From NCBI GenBank assembly GCA_044222065.1, contig JBGAOA010000036.1:1-44768 (forward strand): a stretch of DNA of 44,768 nucleotides, given 5' to 3'. Made by a program: the position numbers and the translations under genes. A model generated the notes under the pieces. The model was given only the letters and a program-made list of their open reading frames with translations. It was not told where the DNA came from and did not search any database. Shown piece after piece: positions 1 through 12,046 of this stretch (position 1 is its first letter; each line of letters begins with the position of its first letter). Origin of the DNA: Candidatus Eiseniibacteriota bacterium (GTDB lineage: Bacteria; Eisenbacteria; RBG-16-71-46).

Positions 1-39
1 GGGTCACGAACGCCGGCTCGGGGGGGACCGGTCGTCGAA

Positions 40-795
40 TCAGCGCCAGAGCTGCTTCACCGAGCCGAACGACATCGGCGCGGCGGGCGTCGCACCCAGC
101 GCGTGCACTTCGAACACGAAATCATTGAAGTCGTTGTCGGTGCCGATGCAGCACGGCTTCGGCATCGCGCCGGAGTCGAGGTCTTCGAAGCACACGAGCC
201 ACGTGTTCGGCGTGCCCACCACGTTCGAGATGTCGAACACGATCGCCTGAACGTCGCCGTCGTACGGCGCGTGGATCGCGCCCTTGCCGTCGGGGCCGAA
301 GTCGTTCCAGATCCGGTTCGTGAAGAAGTACTCGCCCTGCGGAGCGTTCGTCGTGCCGTAGGGGCCGTTCGGATCGAGGTAGAAGCCGAACTTCGTGAGC
401 GGGCGGTCGAACGTGATGACCTGCGTCGCGCCCTGTCCCGCGGAGCCCGCGAACACGACGCCGTCGTCCACGCCGTCGATGAGCGGCTGCGCGCCCTTCT
501 CGACGTACCAGCCGAGCGTGTTGAGCTGCGCGTTGCCCGCGATCTCGCGGATGATCAGCGCCGAGAACTGCGTGTCCACCCAGAACCACGGATCGAGGTC
601 GCCCGGGTGGGCGCCGATGAAATCGGTCTGCACGTTGATGCGCCCGGTCCCGTAGGTCGCATCCACGATGCTCTGCAGACTCACGCCGTCCCAGCTGCTG
701 CCGAAGACCACGGGCACGGTCGCGTGTACCGGGACCGGCCGCAGCGCCAGGGCGCAGACAACGGCGAAAACAGCCATAACGAAGCGTGACCGCAT
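40..795 (-). CDS. Secreted DUF4114-like domain protein with a C-terminal putative sorting motif
   Basis: ATG at 795 with GAGGAG SD at 805-810; signal peptide (MRSRFVMAVFAVVCALAL...VHA); C-terminal 'CFEDL...DNDFNDFVFEV' resembles DUF4114; tail GATPAAPMSFGSVKQLWR. Confidence 0.7.
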   Translation of the reverse strand: MRSRFVMAVFAVVCALALRPVPVHATVPVVFGSSWDGVSLQSIVDATYGTGRINVQTDFIGAHPGDLDPWFWVDTQFSALIIREIAGNAQLNTLGWYVEKGAQPLIDGVDDGVVFAGSAGQGATQVITFDRPLTKFGFYLDPNGPYGTTNAPQGEYFFTNRIWNDFGPDGKGAIHAPYDGDVQAIVFDISNVVGTPNTWLVCFEDLDSGAMPKPCCIGTDNDFNDFVFEVHALGATPAAPMSFGSVKQLWR

Positions 796-1081
796 TGGGG
801 CGCACTCCTCCGTGGTTGCCACTGCATGAGTTGTCGTGCTCGGAGGATCCCGCTCGGGGATGGGGTCCCGGCGGTCAGCGGCGCTCAGGAGGGAGGGACC
901 AAAGGGCGAGCACCGAAGTCCGAATGCGCGAAAATCTTACCGGCGCGCAGGAACGCGTTTCAAGCGATAAACCCGCCAAAACCGCCGTTTGGAGAAATGA
1001 CCCGGAGTTTCGGTCGGCAAACCCAGCCGAAATGGCGCCGCTCGGCCCGTGGCCGGCGGCCGGCCGATCGCGAACCGGCCT

Positions 1082-2476
1082 CTAGATGTGGATCGGCCGC
1101 CTCGCGACCGCCAGCGCGGCCTCCTTGACCGCCTCCGGCAGCGTCGGATGGGCGTGGCAGGCGCGCGCGAGGTCCTCGGCGCTCGCCCCCATCTCGAGGG
1201 CGAAGGCCACCTCGGCGATGAGATCGCTCGCCCGGGGCCCGAGGATGTGCGCCCCGAGCAGCCGGTCGGTCGCGGCGTCCGCGATCAGCTTCACCTGCCC
1301 GTCCCGTTCGTTCATGGCCCGCGCGCGGCCGTTCGCGAGGAAGGGGAACGTGCCGATCTGGACGGCCCTCCCCTGCGCCTTCGCCTGCTCCTCGGTGATC
1401 CCGACGCTCGCGAGTTCGGGCCAGGTGTAGACCACGTTCGGAATCGCTTCGTAGTTGACGTGCGACGGCAGTCCGGCCATGCCCTCGACCGCCGCGACTG
1501 CCTCTTCCTCGGCCTTGTGCGCGAGCATCGGCCCCGGGATCACGTCGCCGATCGCCCACACGCCCTCGACGTTCGTCTCGAAGCGTTCGTTGACGAGCAC
1601 GCGGCCCTTCTCGTCCAGGCGCAGTCCCAGCTCCCGGGCCCCCAATCCGTCCGTGTACGGCCTGCGACCGACGGCGACGAGCAGCACGTCGCAGCGGCGC
1701 TCCGACACCTCCTCGCCGGTCTTGAGCTGCACGAGCACGCCGTCCTCGTCCACGCGCGCGAACTGCGCCGAGGCGCCGAACGTGAACGTGAGGCCCTGCT
1801 TTTCGAGCGCCCGCTGCAGGAGCTGGCCGCTCGCGCGGTCCATCCCCGGCACGATGCGGTCCATGAACTCGACGACCGCGATCTCGGCGCCGAGACGCCG
1901 CCACACCGATCCCAGTTCGAGCCCGATCGCGCCGGCGCCGATCACGAGCAGCGACTTCGGCACGCTCGGGAGCTGAAGCGCGTCGGTCGAGTGCACGATG
2001 CGCCGGCCGTCGAACGGCACGCCCGGGAGCGACGCGGGCTTGCTCCCGGTCGCGATCAGGATGCGCTTCGCCTCGACGCTCGTGCGGTCGCCGTTCTTCG
2101 CGACCTCCACGACGCCCGGCTTCGCGATTCGTCCGACGCCCTCGAGGCGCGCGATCTTGTGCTTGCGGAACAGCCCCTCGATTCCGCTCGTGAGCCCCTT
2201 CACGACGGTGTCCTTGCGCTTCAGCATCGTCGCGAGATCCAGCTCGACCGTCGCGCGGATGCCGTGCGCTTCGAAAGCGTGGCGCGCGTTCCAGAAGTGC
2301 TCGCTCGAATCGAGCAGCGCCTTGCTCGGAATGCAGCCGACGTTCAGGCACGTGCCGCCGAGCGTCGGGTACTTCTCGACGGAGGCGACCTTCATTCCGA
2401 GCTGCGCGGCGCGGATCGCGGCGACGTAGCCGCCGGGGCCCGAGCCGATGACGACGAGATCGTAGGTGTCGCTCAT
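1082..2476 (-). CDS. lpdA: Dihydrolipoyl dehydrogenase (E3)
   Basis: GSGPGG FAD motif, GGTCLNVGCIPSK redox disulfide, GAGAIG NAD motif, HAHPTLPE; follows sucAB. Confidence 0.97.
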   Translation of the reverse strand: MSDTYDLVVIGSGPGGYVAAIRAAQLGMKVASVEKYPTLGGTCLNVGCIPSKALLDSSEHFWNARHAFEAHGIRATVELDLATMLKRKDTVVKGLTSGIEGLFRKHKIARLEGVGRIAKPGVVEVAKNGDRTSVEAKRILIATGSKPASLPGVPFDGRRIVHSTDALQLPSVPKSLLVIGAGAIGLELGSVWRRLGAEIAVVEFMDRIVPGMDRASGQLLQRALEKQGLTFTFGASAQFARVDEDGVLVQLKTGEEVSERRCDVLLVAVGRRPYTDGLGARELGLRLDEKGRVLVNERFETNVEGVWAIGDVIPGPMLAHKAEEEAVAAVEGMAGLPSHVNYEAIPNVVYTWPELASVGITEEQAKAQGRAVQIGTFPFLANGRARAMNERDGQVKLIADAATDRLLGAHILGPRASDLIAEVAFALEMGASAEDLARACHAHPTLPEAVKEAALAVARRPIHI

Positions 2477-2534
2477 GGGTCCTTCGGTCCTTGCGCGCGC
2501 GAGCGCGCGGGCTCAGGACGCGCGTGGCCGCGCG

Positions 2535-3782
2535 TCACACCTCGAGCATCATGCGCTCGGGATCCTCGAGGCGCTCCTTGACGCGCACGAGGAACGTCAC
2601 CGCCTGCTCGCCGTCCACCACGCGATGGTCGTACGAGAGCGCGACGTACATCATGGGACGGATCACGACCTGGTCGTTCGCGACGACCGGGCGCTTCTCG
2701 ATCTTGTGCATGCCGAGGATGCCGCTCTGCGGCGGATTGAGGATCGGCGTGCTCAGGAGCGAGCCGTAGACGCCGCCGTTCGAGATCGTGAACGTGCCGC
2801 CCGACATCTCGTCGGGCGTGAGCTGTCCGAGCCGGCCGCGCTCGGCGAGCCGCGCGATCTCGCGCTCGATCTGCGCGAGCGTGAGCTGGTCGGCGAAGCG
2901 CACGATCGGCACGACGAGGCCGCGCGGCGTGCCGACGGCGATGCCGACGTGCACGTGCTCGCGGTAGACGAGGTCCGTGCCGCGGATCTCGGCGTTCACG
3001 CCCGGCACGTCCGCGAGCGCGAGCACCGCGGCGCGCGTGAAGAAGCTCATGAAGCCGAGCTTCACGCCGTGCTTCTTCTCGAAGCCGTCCTTCCAGCGCG
3101 CCCGCAGCTCGAGCAGCGCGCCCATGTCGATCTCGTTGAACGTCGTGAGGATCGCGGCCGTGTGCTGGGCCTGGACGAGCCGCTCGGCGATGCGCTGGCG
3201 GATGCGAGACATCGGCACGACGCGCTCGCGCTCGACGAACCCTCCCGCCGCGGGCGGCACGGACGGCGTCGTGACGGCGGCCGCGGCCGACGGCGGAGCG
3301 GGCGAAGGAGTCGCCGGCGCCGGAGCCTCCGCCGCGCGCTCGAGGTGCTTGAGCACGTCTTCCTTCAGCAGCCGTCCGCCCTTGCCCGAGCCCACGATCG
3401 CGCCGGGATCGAGGTGGTGCTCCTCGACGAGGCGCCGCACCGCCGGGCCGAACGCCGCGGCCGCGCCGACCGCTGCGGGCGCGACCGGCGTCGCGGCTGC
3501 GGGCGGCTCCGATGCCGAAGTCGCCGGCGCACCCGCCTTCTCCGCCGGACCTCCCTCGATGCGCGCGAGGACGTCGCCCACGACGACGCGCTCGCCGGGC
3601 TTGCGCGCGTGACGGAGCACGCCGCTCGCCGTCGCGGCGATCTCCATCGCGGCCTTGTCGGTCTCGAGCGTGGCGATCGGCTCGTCCTCGCGCACGGCGG
3701 CGCCGTCGGGCTTGAGCCACTCGGCGAGCGTCGCGTCGGTGAGCGACTCGGCGAGCCGCGGAACCTGGATCTCGACGCTCAC
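2535..3782 (-). CDS. sucB: 2-oxoglutarate dehydrogenase E2, dihydrolipoyl succinyltransferase
   Basis: GTG start overlapping the sucA stop (GTGA); lipoyl domain LETDKA, E3-binding [13 protein letters not shown], catalytic YDHRVVDG. Confidence 0.95.
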   Translation of the reverse strand: MSVEIQVPRLAESLTDATLAEWLKPDGAAVREDEPIATLETDKAAMEIAATASGVLRHARKPGERVVVGDVLARIEGGPAEKAGAPATSASEPPAAATPVAPAAVGAAAAFGPAVRRLVEEHHLDPGAIVGSGKGGRLLKEDVLKHLERAAEAPAPATPSPAPPSAAAAVTTPSVPPAAGGFVERERVVPMSRIRQRIAERLVQAQHTAAILTTFNEIDMGALLELRARWKDGFEKKHGVKLGFMSFFTRAAVLALADVPGVNAEIRGTDLVYREHVHVGIAVGTPRGLVVPIVRFADQLTLAQIEREIARLAERGRLGQLTPDEMSGGTFTISNGGVYGSLLSTPILNPPQSGILGMHKIEKRPVVANDQVVIRPMMYVALSYDHRVVDGEQAVTFLVRVKERLEDPERMMLEV

Positions 3783-6553
3783 GAGTTCCCTCCCGCGCGC
3801 GCGGCCGCGGGGACGCGCCGCGCCGTCGTGCGCGCGGTGGACGGCCGGTCGAAGGCGCGGTCGAGCAGCGCGCGCTCCTGCTCGACGTGCAGCGCGTAGT
3901 AGCCGGTCGCGGGCGTCGGCGCGGCCTTGCGCGAGACGCGCTCGAGCTCGAGCCCCGCGGGCAGCATCGCCTCGAGCCGGTGCCGCGTGTGCCGCCAGGC
4001 GCCCATGTTCGCGGGCTCTTCCTGCACCCAGCGCAGCGACTTCGCGTTCGGATAGCGCGCGAGCACCGCCGCGAGCTCGTCGGCCGGGAACGGGTAGAGC
4101 TGTTCGAGGCGCACGAGCGCCGCGGTCGCGCCGCGCTCCGCGCGCGCGTCGAGCAGCGAGTAGTGGAACTTGCCCGAGGTCAGCAGCACGAGTTCGACCG
4201 CGCGCGGGTCCGCGACCGTCGCGTCGTCGAGCACGGCCTGGAAGCCGGAGTCCGTGAAGTCGCGCGCCGGCGAGACCGCGAGCTTGTGGCGGAGCAGGCT
4301 CTTCGGGCTCATCACGACGAGCGGTTTGCGCGACTTGCGGTGCAGCTGGCGGCGCAGCGCGTGGAACAGCTGCGCGGGCGTCGTGAGGTTCGCGACCTGC
4401 AGGTTGCCGTCCGCGCACAGTTCGAGGAAGCGCTCGAGCCGCCCGCTCGAGTGCTCGGGGCCCTGACCTTCGTAGCCGTGCGGCAGCAGCAGGACGAGTC
4501 CCGACATGCGGCGCCACTTGGACTCGGCGCTCGCGAGGAACTGGTCGATGTACACCTGCGCGACGTTCGCGAAGTCGCCGAACTGCGCCTCCCACACGAC
4601 GAGAACGCCGGGGTCGGCGGTCGAGTAGCCGTACTCGAAGCCCAGGCACGCGGCCTCGCTGAGCATCGTGTCGATCACGTCGAAGCGGCCCTGCTTCGGA
4701 TCGAGGTGCTGGAGCGGAACGTGGCGCCGGCCGTCGGTCGCCTCGTGCAGCACGGCGTGGCGATGGCTGAACGTGCCGCGCCCCGCGTCCTGGCCGCTCA
4801 GGCGCACGTGGAAGCCCTCGAGCACGAGCGAGCCGAACGCGAGCACCTCGCCGCAGCCCCAGTCCACGCGGTCCTCGGCGAGCATCTTCACGCGGTCTTC
4901 GAGCAGGCGCGCCGCGCGCGCGTGGGCGCGGAAGCCCTCGGGCAGCCGCCCGGCGCCGTCGAGCACGCGCTCGAGCGTCGCGTAGGGCACCGCCGTGCGC
5001 ACGTCGCGGTCCTCGTCCACCCATTCGAGCCCGGTCCACAGTCCGCGCGGCGCGTCGGCCGGCTGCTGCGCGGCGATCTCGCGCATGCGCGCGTGCGCGC
5101 CCTGGAGGCGCGCCTCGATGCCGCGCTCGATCTCGGCGACGCGGTCGGCCGAGAGCACGCCGCCCTGCACGAGCCGCTCGCCGTACGCGCGCGAAGCCGG
5201 CACGTGCTTCGCGATCTTCCGGTACATGACGGGCTGCGTGAAGGTCGGATCGTCGAGCTCGTTGTGGCCGTGCTTGCGGTAGCAGACGAGGTCCACGAAC
5301 ACGTCGCGCTTGAAGCGCGTTCGGTAGTCGAGCGCGAGCTTCATGGCCCACAGGCACGCCTCGGGGCGGTCGCCGTTCACGTGCAGGACCGGCGCCTCGA
5401 TCACGCGAGCGAGGTCCGTCGGGTGGCGCGTGAGGCGCGTGTCGCCGGGCGAGGTCGTGAAGCCGACCTGGTTGTTCACGATGATGTGGATCGTGCCGCC
5501 GGTCTGGTAAGCCGGCAGCTGCGCGAGCGCGAGCGACTCGGCCACGACGCCCTCGCCCGCGAACGCGGCGTCGCCGTGGATCAGTACGGGGATGCCGCGG
5601 TCGCCGGAGAGGTCGTTCCAGCGTTCGTGCTTCGCGCGCAGCGAGCCGAGCACCACGGGGTTCACGAACTCGAGGTGGCTCGGGTTGAAGTGCAGGTTGA
5701 GCGCCACGGGCTTGCCGTCGCGCGTCTCGCGCCGGCCCGCGTAGCCGAGGTGGTACTTCACGTCGCCGTGCCCCTGCACTTCCTCGGGCACGTAGCTCGC
5801 TTCGAACTCGCCGAAGATCTTTTCGTACGGCTTGCCGAGCGTGTGGGCGAGCACGTTCAGGCGCCCGCGGTGCGGCATGCCGACCACGATCAGCTCGACG
5901 CCGCGCGCGCCGGCCTCCTCGACGAGCGTGTCGAGCATCGGCACGAGCGTCGCGCCGCCCTCGAGCGAGAAGCGCTTCTGGCCCGGGTAGCGCGCGTGCA
6001 GGAACTGCTCGAACGCGTCGGCCGTGAGCAGCAGCTCGAGCAGGCGCTCGCGTTCGCGCACGTCGAGCGGCGGGCGGTTGCGCACCGACTCCATCGCGGT
6101 CGCGAGCCAGTCGCGTCGCTCGGCGTCGGGGATGTCCACGAACTCGACGCCGATCGGTCCCGAGTAGGTCTCGCGCAGCGCCTCGATCAGCTCGCGGAGC
6201 GTTCCGCGGAACTCGCCCTTGAAGGGCCGCGGGTCCACCGGCCGGTCGAGATCGGCCTCGGTCAGTCCCACCGCGCCGAGTTCCAGCAGGGGCTCCGAAT
6301 CCACGTCCTCGCCGAGCGGGTCGAGCCGCGCGATGCGGTGACCGAACTCGCGATAGGCGTTGACGAGCGCGTGCGCGCCGCCCCCCGCGCTCGCCGCCGC
6401 GGCCGGCGCGGCGGCCGTGCCCGACAGTTCGAAGCCGGCGAAGAACAGCGCCCACTCCTCGGGGACCGAGTGCGGGTCCTCGCGGAAGCGGGCGTACTGC
6501 TGCTCGATGAACTCGGCGTTCGCCTGATGGATGAAGTCGTATCGGGAGGCCAT
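3779..6553 (-). CDS. sucA: 2-oxoglutarate dehydrogenase E1
   Basis: [40 protein letters not shown] motif, [14 protein letters not shown]; start taken at MASRYDF. Confidence 0.96.
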   Translation of the reverse strand: MASRYDFIHQANAEFIEQQYARFREDPHSVPEEWALFFAGFELSGTAAAPAAAASAGGGAHALVNAYREFGHRIARLDPLGEDVDSEPLLELGAVGLTEADLDRPVDPRPFKGEFRGTLRELIEALRETYSGPIGVEFVDIPDAERRDWLATAMESVRNRPPLDVRERERLLELLLTADAFEQFLHARYPGQKRFSLEGGATLVPMLDTLVEEAGARGVELIVVGMPHRGRLNVLAHTLGKPYEKIFGEFEASYVPEEVQGHGDVKYHLGYAGRRETRDGKPVALNLHFNPSHLEFVNPVVLGSLRAKHERWNDLSGDRGIPVLIHGDAAFAGEGVVAESLALAQLPAYQTGGTIHIIVNNQVGFTTSPGDTRLTRHPTDLARVIEAPVLHVNGDRPEACLWAMKLALDYRTRFKRDVFVDLVCYRKHGHNELDDPTFTQPVMYRKIAKHVPASRAYGERLVQGGVLSADRVAEIERGIEARLQGAHARMREIAAQQPADAPRGLWTGLEWVDEDRDVRTAVPYATLERVLDGAGRLPEGFRAHARAARLLEDRVKMLAEDRVDWGCGEVLAFGSLVLEGFHVRLSGQDAGRGTFSHRHAVLHEATDGRRHVPLQHLDPKQGRFDVIDTMLSEAACLGFEYGYSTADPGVLVVWEAQFGDFANVAQVYIDQFLASAESKWRRMSGLVLLLPHGYEGQGPEHSSGRLERFLELCADGNLQVANLTTPAQLFHALRRQLHRKSRKPLVVMSPKSLLRHKLAVSPARDFTDSGFQAVLDDATVADPRAVELVLLTSGKFHYSLLDARAERGATAALVRLEQLYPFPADELAAVLARYPNAKSLRWVQEEPANMGAWRHTRHRLEAMLPAGLELERVSRKAAPTPATGYYALHVEQERALLDRAFDRPSTARTTARRVPAAARAGGNS

Positions 6554-6726
6554 GAACTCGCTGAAAGAATGGAAACGGAGCGTGCTCGGGCGTCGGAGAA
6601 CGCGGGAAGCTACCACGAACACCGCGCGCCCGCCGACCCCGGGGCCGGCGCACGGACGGACGCGCTCCGCGCCCGTCGCGTGCCGGTTGCTCCCGGCGCC
6701 CGCCCCCGCCTAGTGTCGGCCGCCTC

Positions 6727-7657
<931 letters not shown>

Positions 7658-7668
<11 letters not shown>

Positions 7669-8728
7669 CCGCGACGCGCGACGCGGCGGCTGGCGCGATT
7701 CGGCCCTGTGGCAGCTCACGTGGGTGCGGCACGCGACCTTCCTGCGCGAGCCCGAGGCCGTGTTCTGGGTGTTCGCGTTCCCGCTGCTCATGGCGGTCGC
7801 GCTCGGGATCGCGTTCCGCAACCAGAAGCCGCAGCCGTCGGCGATCGTGGTCGAGCGCGGCGCGCACGCGGCCGAGTGGAGCGCGTGGCTCGCGCGTTCG
7901 GCGGACCTCGAGGTGACGGTGGCGCGGGCGGATTCGGCCGAGGCGATGCTGCAGCGCGGCAAAGTCGCGGTGCTCGTGCGCGACGACGGCTCGGGACGGC
8001 CGCGGCTCGTGTTCGATCCCGCGCGGCCCGAGACGCGCCTCGCCCACCTCGCGACGCTCGATGCGCTCGAACGCGGCGCCGGCCGCACCGATCGCCTCGC
8101 GGCGGCGAGCGACACGCGCACGCGCCCGGGCGCCCGCTACATCGACTTCCTCATCCCCGGCCTGCTCGGACTCAACCTGATGGGCACGGGCATGTGGGGC
8201 GTCGGCTTCCCGGTCGCGACGGCGCGCCAGCAGAAGCTCCTGAAGCGCATGCTCGCGACCCCGATGCGGCGCTCGGACTACCTGCTCGCGCTCATGCTCG
8301 CGCGGCTCGTGTGGCTCGTGCTCGAGGTCGCGGTGGTGCTCGGTTTCGCGATGCTGCTGTTCGGCGTCCAGGTCCGGGGCTCGTGGCTCGCCTTCGGCGC
8401 CGTCACGCTCGCCGGCACGCTCGCGTTCGCCGCGATCGGACTCCTCACGGTCGCGCGCGCCCGCACGGTCGAAGCCGTCTCGGGGCTCATGAACCTCGTC
8501 ATGATGCCGATGTGGCTCCTGTCGGGGAGCTTCTTCAGCGCCGAGCGCTTCCCGGCGTGGATGCAGCCGTTCGTGCAGGCGCTGCCGCTCACGGTCGTGA
8601 ACAACGGACTGCGCGCGGTGATGAACGACGGCGCGGGGCTCGCGGCGAGCGCGCTGCCGATCGTCGTGCTCGCGGCGTGGGGCGTGGTGTGCTTCGCGTT
8701 CGCCCTGCGCTTCTTCCGCTGGGAGTGA
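7658..8728 (+). CDS. ABC-2 type transporter permease
   Basis: N-terminal TM helix, extracytoplasmic loop, 'YIDFLIPGLLG', several C-terminal TM helices, ends FFRWE; overlaps the ATPase gene. Confidence 0.92.
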
Positions 8729-8789
8729 GCGCGCGGGGAACGCCGCGGGGCGGCCTCCGTTCGGAGACCGCCCCGACCGGCCGACCGGA

Positions 8790-9380
8790 TCAGCGTCCGA
8801 CGGGCGACGAGCCCGCGGCGCCGCGGTAGTACGGGTTCGTGCCGCCGGCGTGGTCGGTGGTATCCACGACCTCGCGGATCGCGGGCACGAGTTCCTTGAC
8901 GCGCGCCTCCACGCCCTGCTTGAGCGTCACGTCCACCATGCCGCAGCCCTGGCAGCCGCCGCCGAACTGCACGAACGCGCGGTCGCCCTGCACGTCGAGC
9001 AGCGTCACGAATCCGCCGTGCGAGCCGACGGCCGGGTTGATCTCCTCGTCGAGCACCTTCTGCACCGCGGCCGCGACCGGATCGCGCCACAGCGGATTCG
9101 GATTGTCGATCTTGAATCCCGTGCCGTAGGCGGCCTCGACGAAGTCGATCGTCGCGCCCTTCAAGTCGTCGAGGCTCGCGGCGTCGAGGATCATCGTGAA
9201 ACCGCCCGCGTCGAACGACGGGTCGTTCGCGCCGCGTTCGTCCGGCGTCACGAATCCGAGCCGGTAGGCGAAGCCGCCGGGGCCGCGGCCGCCGATGGAC
9301 ATCTTCAGCGCGAGGTCGCCGCGCTCTTCCTTCTTCATGTACTCGAGGATCTTGCCCCGCGCCTGATCCGTGACCTTCAC
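8790..9380 (-). CDS. nfuA: Fe-S biogenesis protein NfuA (degenerate A-type carrier domain plus NifU-C domain)
   Basis: GFKIDNPN, INPAVGSHGGFV, GGGCQGCGM CxxC, TLKQGVE, DTTDHAGGTNPYY. Confidence 0.92.
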   Translation of the reverse strand: MKVTDQARGKILEYMKKEERGDLALKMSIGGRGPGGFAYRLGFVTPDERGANDPSFDAGGFTMILDAASLDDLKGATIDFVEAAYGTGFKIDNPNPLWRDPVAAAVQKVLDEEINPAVGSHGGFVTLLDVQGDRAFVQFGGGCQGCGMVDVTLKQGVEARVKELVPAIREVVDTTDHAGGTNPYYRGAAGSSPVGR

Positions 9381-9429
9381 CAGCTGCTCGTTGTCGCCGC
9401 GCGGTCGCGCGGCGACGGCGGGATTCGAA

Positions 9430-9855
9430 TCAGACTTCGTACGTCGCGTCCAGCGACACCTTCAGGTTGAGCACGCGCGAGATCGGGCAGCCGGCCTTCG
9501 CGCCCTCGACCGCGGCCTGCAGCTTCGCGCGATCCCCGCCCGGCACCTTCACCTTCGCCACGAGGTGGCTCGAGGTGAGCGTGGGCTTGCCGTCCACGGG
9601 CTCCATCGTGATCGTGCACGTCACGTCCACGCTCGCCGCCTTCACGCCGAGCTTCTCGATCTCGGCCGAAGACGCCATCGCGAAGCAGCCGGCGTGCGCC
9701 GCGGCGATCAGCTCCTCGGGGTTCGTGCCCGGCTGCTCCTCGAAGCGGGTGTGGAACGAATACGGCGTGGCCTTGAGCACTCCGCTCGTGGCGTCGAGCG
9801 AGCCCTTGCCGTCCTTGAGTCCGCCCGTCCAGCGGGCGGAAGCGGTGCGCTTCAT
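9430..9855 (-). CDS. osmC: OsmC family peroxiredoxin
   Basis: MKRTASARWTGGLKDGKG, GTNPEELIAAAHAGCFAM, GCPISRVL; GGAGG SD upstream of ATG 9855. Confidence 0.93.
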   Translation of the reverse strand: MKRTASARWTGGLKDGKGSLDATSGVLKATPYSFHTRFEEQPGTNPEELIAAAHAGCFAMASSAEIEKLGVKAASVDVTCTITMEPVDGKPTLTSSHLVAKVKVPGGDRAKLQAAVEGAKAGCPISRVLNLKVSLDATYEV

Positions 9856-10012
9856 TCGGCGAATCCTCCCCGGAGCGATCCCTCGCGGGATCCGTTTGGT
9901 GTGACCGTGCGAGACGGCGGCGAACCTTACACGCAGATGCGAGGAGGGTCGAGACGTCGCAAGGAAGCTCGACGGTGGCGGCGGAGCCCGGCCGCCGCTA
10001 GTCTCGCCCGCC

Positions 10013-12046
10013 ATGACTCGCAAGCCGCCCAGGGCCGCTCGCGCCGCACCCGCGGGACGAGGCGTGCCCGCGCTCGCTCCGATCGGCGCCGCGCCGCTCG
10101 CGCTCGTCGCCGTCGTCGCGGCCGCGTGCGTGATCGCCGCCGTGACGTTCCGGATCTACGACCCGGACCTGTGGCAACACCTCACGGTCGGGCGCGCGAT
10201 CTGGCAGTCCCACGCGATTCCGCACACGCAGCTCTGGTCGTGGCCGACGTACGGCGCGCCCGACGTGCTGCCGTCGTGGCTCTACCGCGCGGTGCTGTGG
10301 CCCTTCTACGCCGCGGGCGGCGTGCCCGGCGTGTTCGCGTTCCGCTGGGTCACCGCGTTCGCGACGTTCGCGCTGCTGTGGGCGGCCGCGCGCCGCGCGG
10401 GTGCGACCGGCGTCGCGCCGCTCTTCGCGCTCGTCTGGTGCGCGCTGCTCTACCGCGCGCGCTCCCAGGCGCGCCCCGAGACGTTCGTGATGGTGTTCGC
10501 GGCGCTCGAACTGTTCGTGCTCGAGGCGCGGCGCCGGGGCGCTCGCCTCGGCCGGCTCGATCCGGCGTGGGCGATCGTCCCGATCGCGTGGATCTGGGCG
10601 AACGCGCACCTCTCCTACTACCTCGCGTTCGTGATCGCGGGCGGCTACCTGCTCGACGCGCTGTGGCGCGGGCGCCGGGACGCCGCCGCGGCCCCGGGCA
10701 CGCTCGCGTTCGCGATGGCCGCCGGCGCGCTCGCCTGCTTCGCGAATCCGTTCGGGTGGAAGGCGCTGTGGCAGCCGTTCGATTACTTCTTCCACGGCCG
10801 TCAAGAACTCATCTACCGGAGCATCGCCGAACTCGCTCCGATCGAGTGGTCGGTCAACGTGAGGAACGCGCTGCCCGCGTTCCTCGCGCTGTTCGCCGTC
10901 GCGCTCGTCGCGCGCGGCCTGCGCCGCGGGTGGGACGCGGCGGAACTCGCGATCGTCGCCGTCGCGCTGCCGCAGACGCTCGCCTCGCAGCGTTTCCTCG
11001 GTTACTTCGCGGTGCTCGTCGCACCGTTCTTCGCCCGCAACGTCGCCGACCTCGCCGGCGCCGTGCGCTGGCCCGCACCGCTCGCCGCGCCGTGGAGCCG
11101 TGCCGCGCTCGCGGCCGCCGCGTGCGTGCTCCTCGCGCTGCCGTCGCTCGGGGACCCGGCCCAGCGCCCGTCGTTCGGAACGGATCCGCGCGCCGTGCCC
11201 GAACGCGCGGTGGACTGGATGGAGCGTCACGACGTGCGCGGCCGCGGCTTCAACACGTTCGCCGAGGGCGGCTACCTGCTGTGGCGCTTCTGGCCCGACA
11301 CGACCCGGCTGCCGTTCATGGACATCCACCAGGCGGGCACGCCCGAGATCCGGAACCTCTACACGACGGCGCTAGCGCGCGTGGACGCATGGCGCGAACT
11401 CGAGCGCCGGTATGAATTCGACTGGGTGCTGCTGCCGCGCGGCTACTGGCGCTCCGAGGGCGTCGGCGGCTACCTCGACGCGGACACGAACTGGCACGCC
11501 GTGTTCGTGGACGACGCGGGGGTGCTGTTCCTGCGCCGCGACGGCCGCATGGGCCCGCTCGCCGAGCGCCTCGGTTTCCGCGCCCTCCCGGCGAGCGACA
11601 CGTGGCTCGGACGCGCGGGCGCGCGGGCCGCATCGGACACCGCTTTCGCCGCGGCGATGCGCCGCGAACTCGAGCGCTCGCTCGCCGACTCGCCGCTCAA
11701 CAGCCGCGCGCACTCGCTGCTCGCGAACCTCGATCTGCTCCAGGGCCGCATCGAGGACGGCGAGCGCCACCTGCGCGAAGCGCTCGCGATCTGGCCGCTC
11801 ACGGGAAAGGCGCACGACCGGCTCGCCCAGCTGCGCCTGTTGCGCGGCGATGCCGCAGGGGCGCTCGCCGAGTACCGGCTCGAGCGCCGGGTGACGGACG
11901 ACGTCGCCGCGGCCGAGACCGGCATCGGCGCGGCATGGAAGGCGCTCGGACACACGGGGGAGGCGCGCGCGGCGTGGAAACGTGCGCTGCGGGCGTCGGG
12001 CGCGAACGGCGCCGCGCTCGCCGAGTCGCTCGCGACGCTGCGCTAG
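10013..12046 (+). CDS. Multi-TM membrane protein, probable GT-C-fold glycosyltransferase with C-terminal TPR-like repeats
   Basis: Acidic first-loop motif DPDLWQHL..G, 'RPETF', 'WANAH', many TM segments; C-terminal AHSLLANL / AHDRLAQL / GIGAAW..LG TPR-like helices. Confidence 0.6.
   Translation: MTRKPPRAARAAPAGRGVPALAPIGAAPLALVAVVAAACVIAAVTFRIYDPDLWQHLTVGRAIWQSHAIPHTQLWSWPTYGAPDVLPSWLYRAVLWPFYAAGGVPGVFAFRWVTAFATFALLWAAARRAGATGVAPLFALVWCALLYRARSQARPETFVMVFAALELFVLEARRRGARLGRLDPAWAIVPIAWIWANAHLSYYLAFVIAGGYLLDALWRGRRDAAAAPGTLAFAMAAGALACFANPFGWKALWQPFDYFFHGRQELIYRSIAELAPIEWSVNVRNALPAFLALFAVALVARGLRRGWDAAELAIVAVALPQTLASQRFLGYFAVLVAPFFARNVADLAGAVRWPAPLAAPWSRAALAAAACVLLALPSLGDPAQRPSFGTDPRAVPERAVDWMERHDVRGRGFNTFAEGGYLLWRFWPDTTRLPFMDIHQAGTPEIRNLYTTALARVDAWRELERRYEFDWVLLPRGYWRSEGVGGYLDADTNWHAVFVDDAGVLFLRRDGRMGPLAERLGFRALPASDTWLGRAGARAASDTAFAAAMRRELERSLADSPLNSRAHSLLANLDLLQGRIEDGERHLREALAIWPLTGKAHDRLAQLRLLRGDAAGALAEYRLERRVTDDVAAAETGIGAAWKALGHTGEARAAWKRALRASGANGAALAESLATLR

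Noticed and set aside
1011..1045. GGCAAACCC...GAAA resembling the start of a c-di-GMP-I riboswitch
   Set aside because: The downstream GxCGCAAAGC element is missing and the orientation is opposite to the neighbouring genes.
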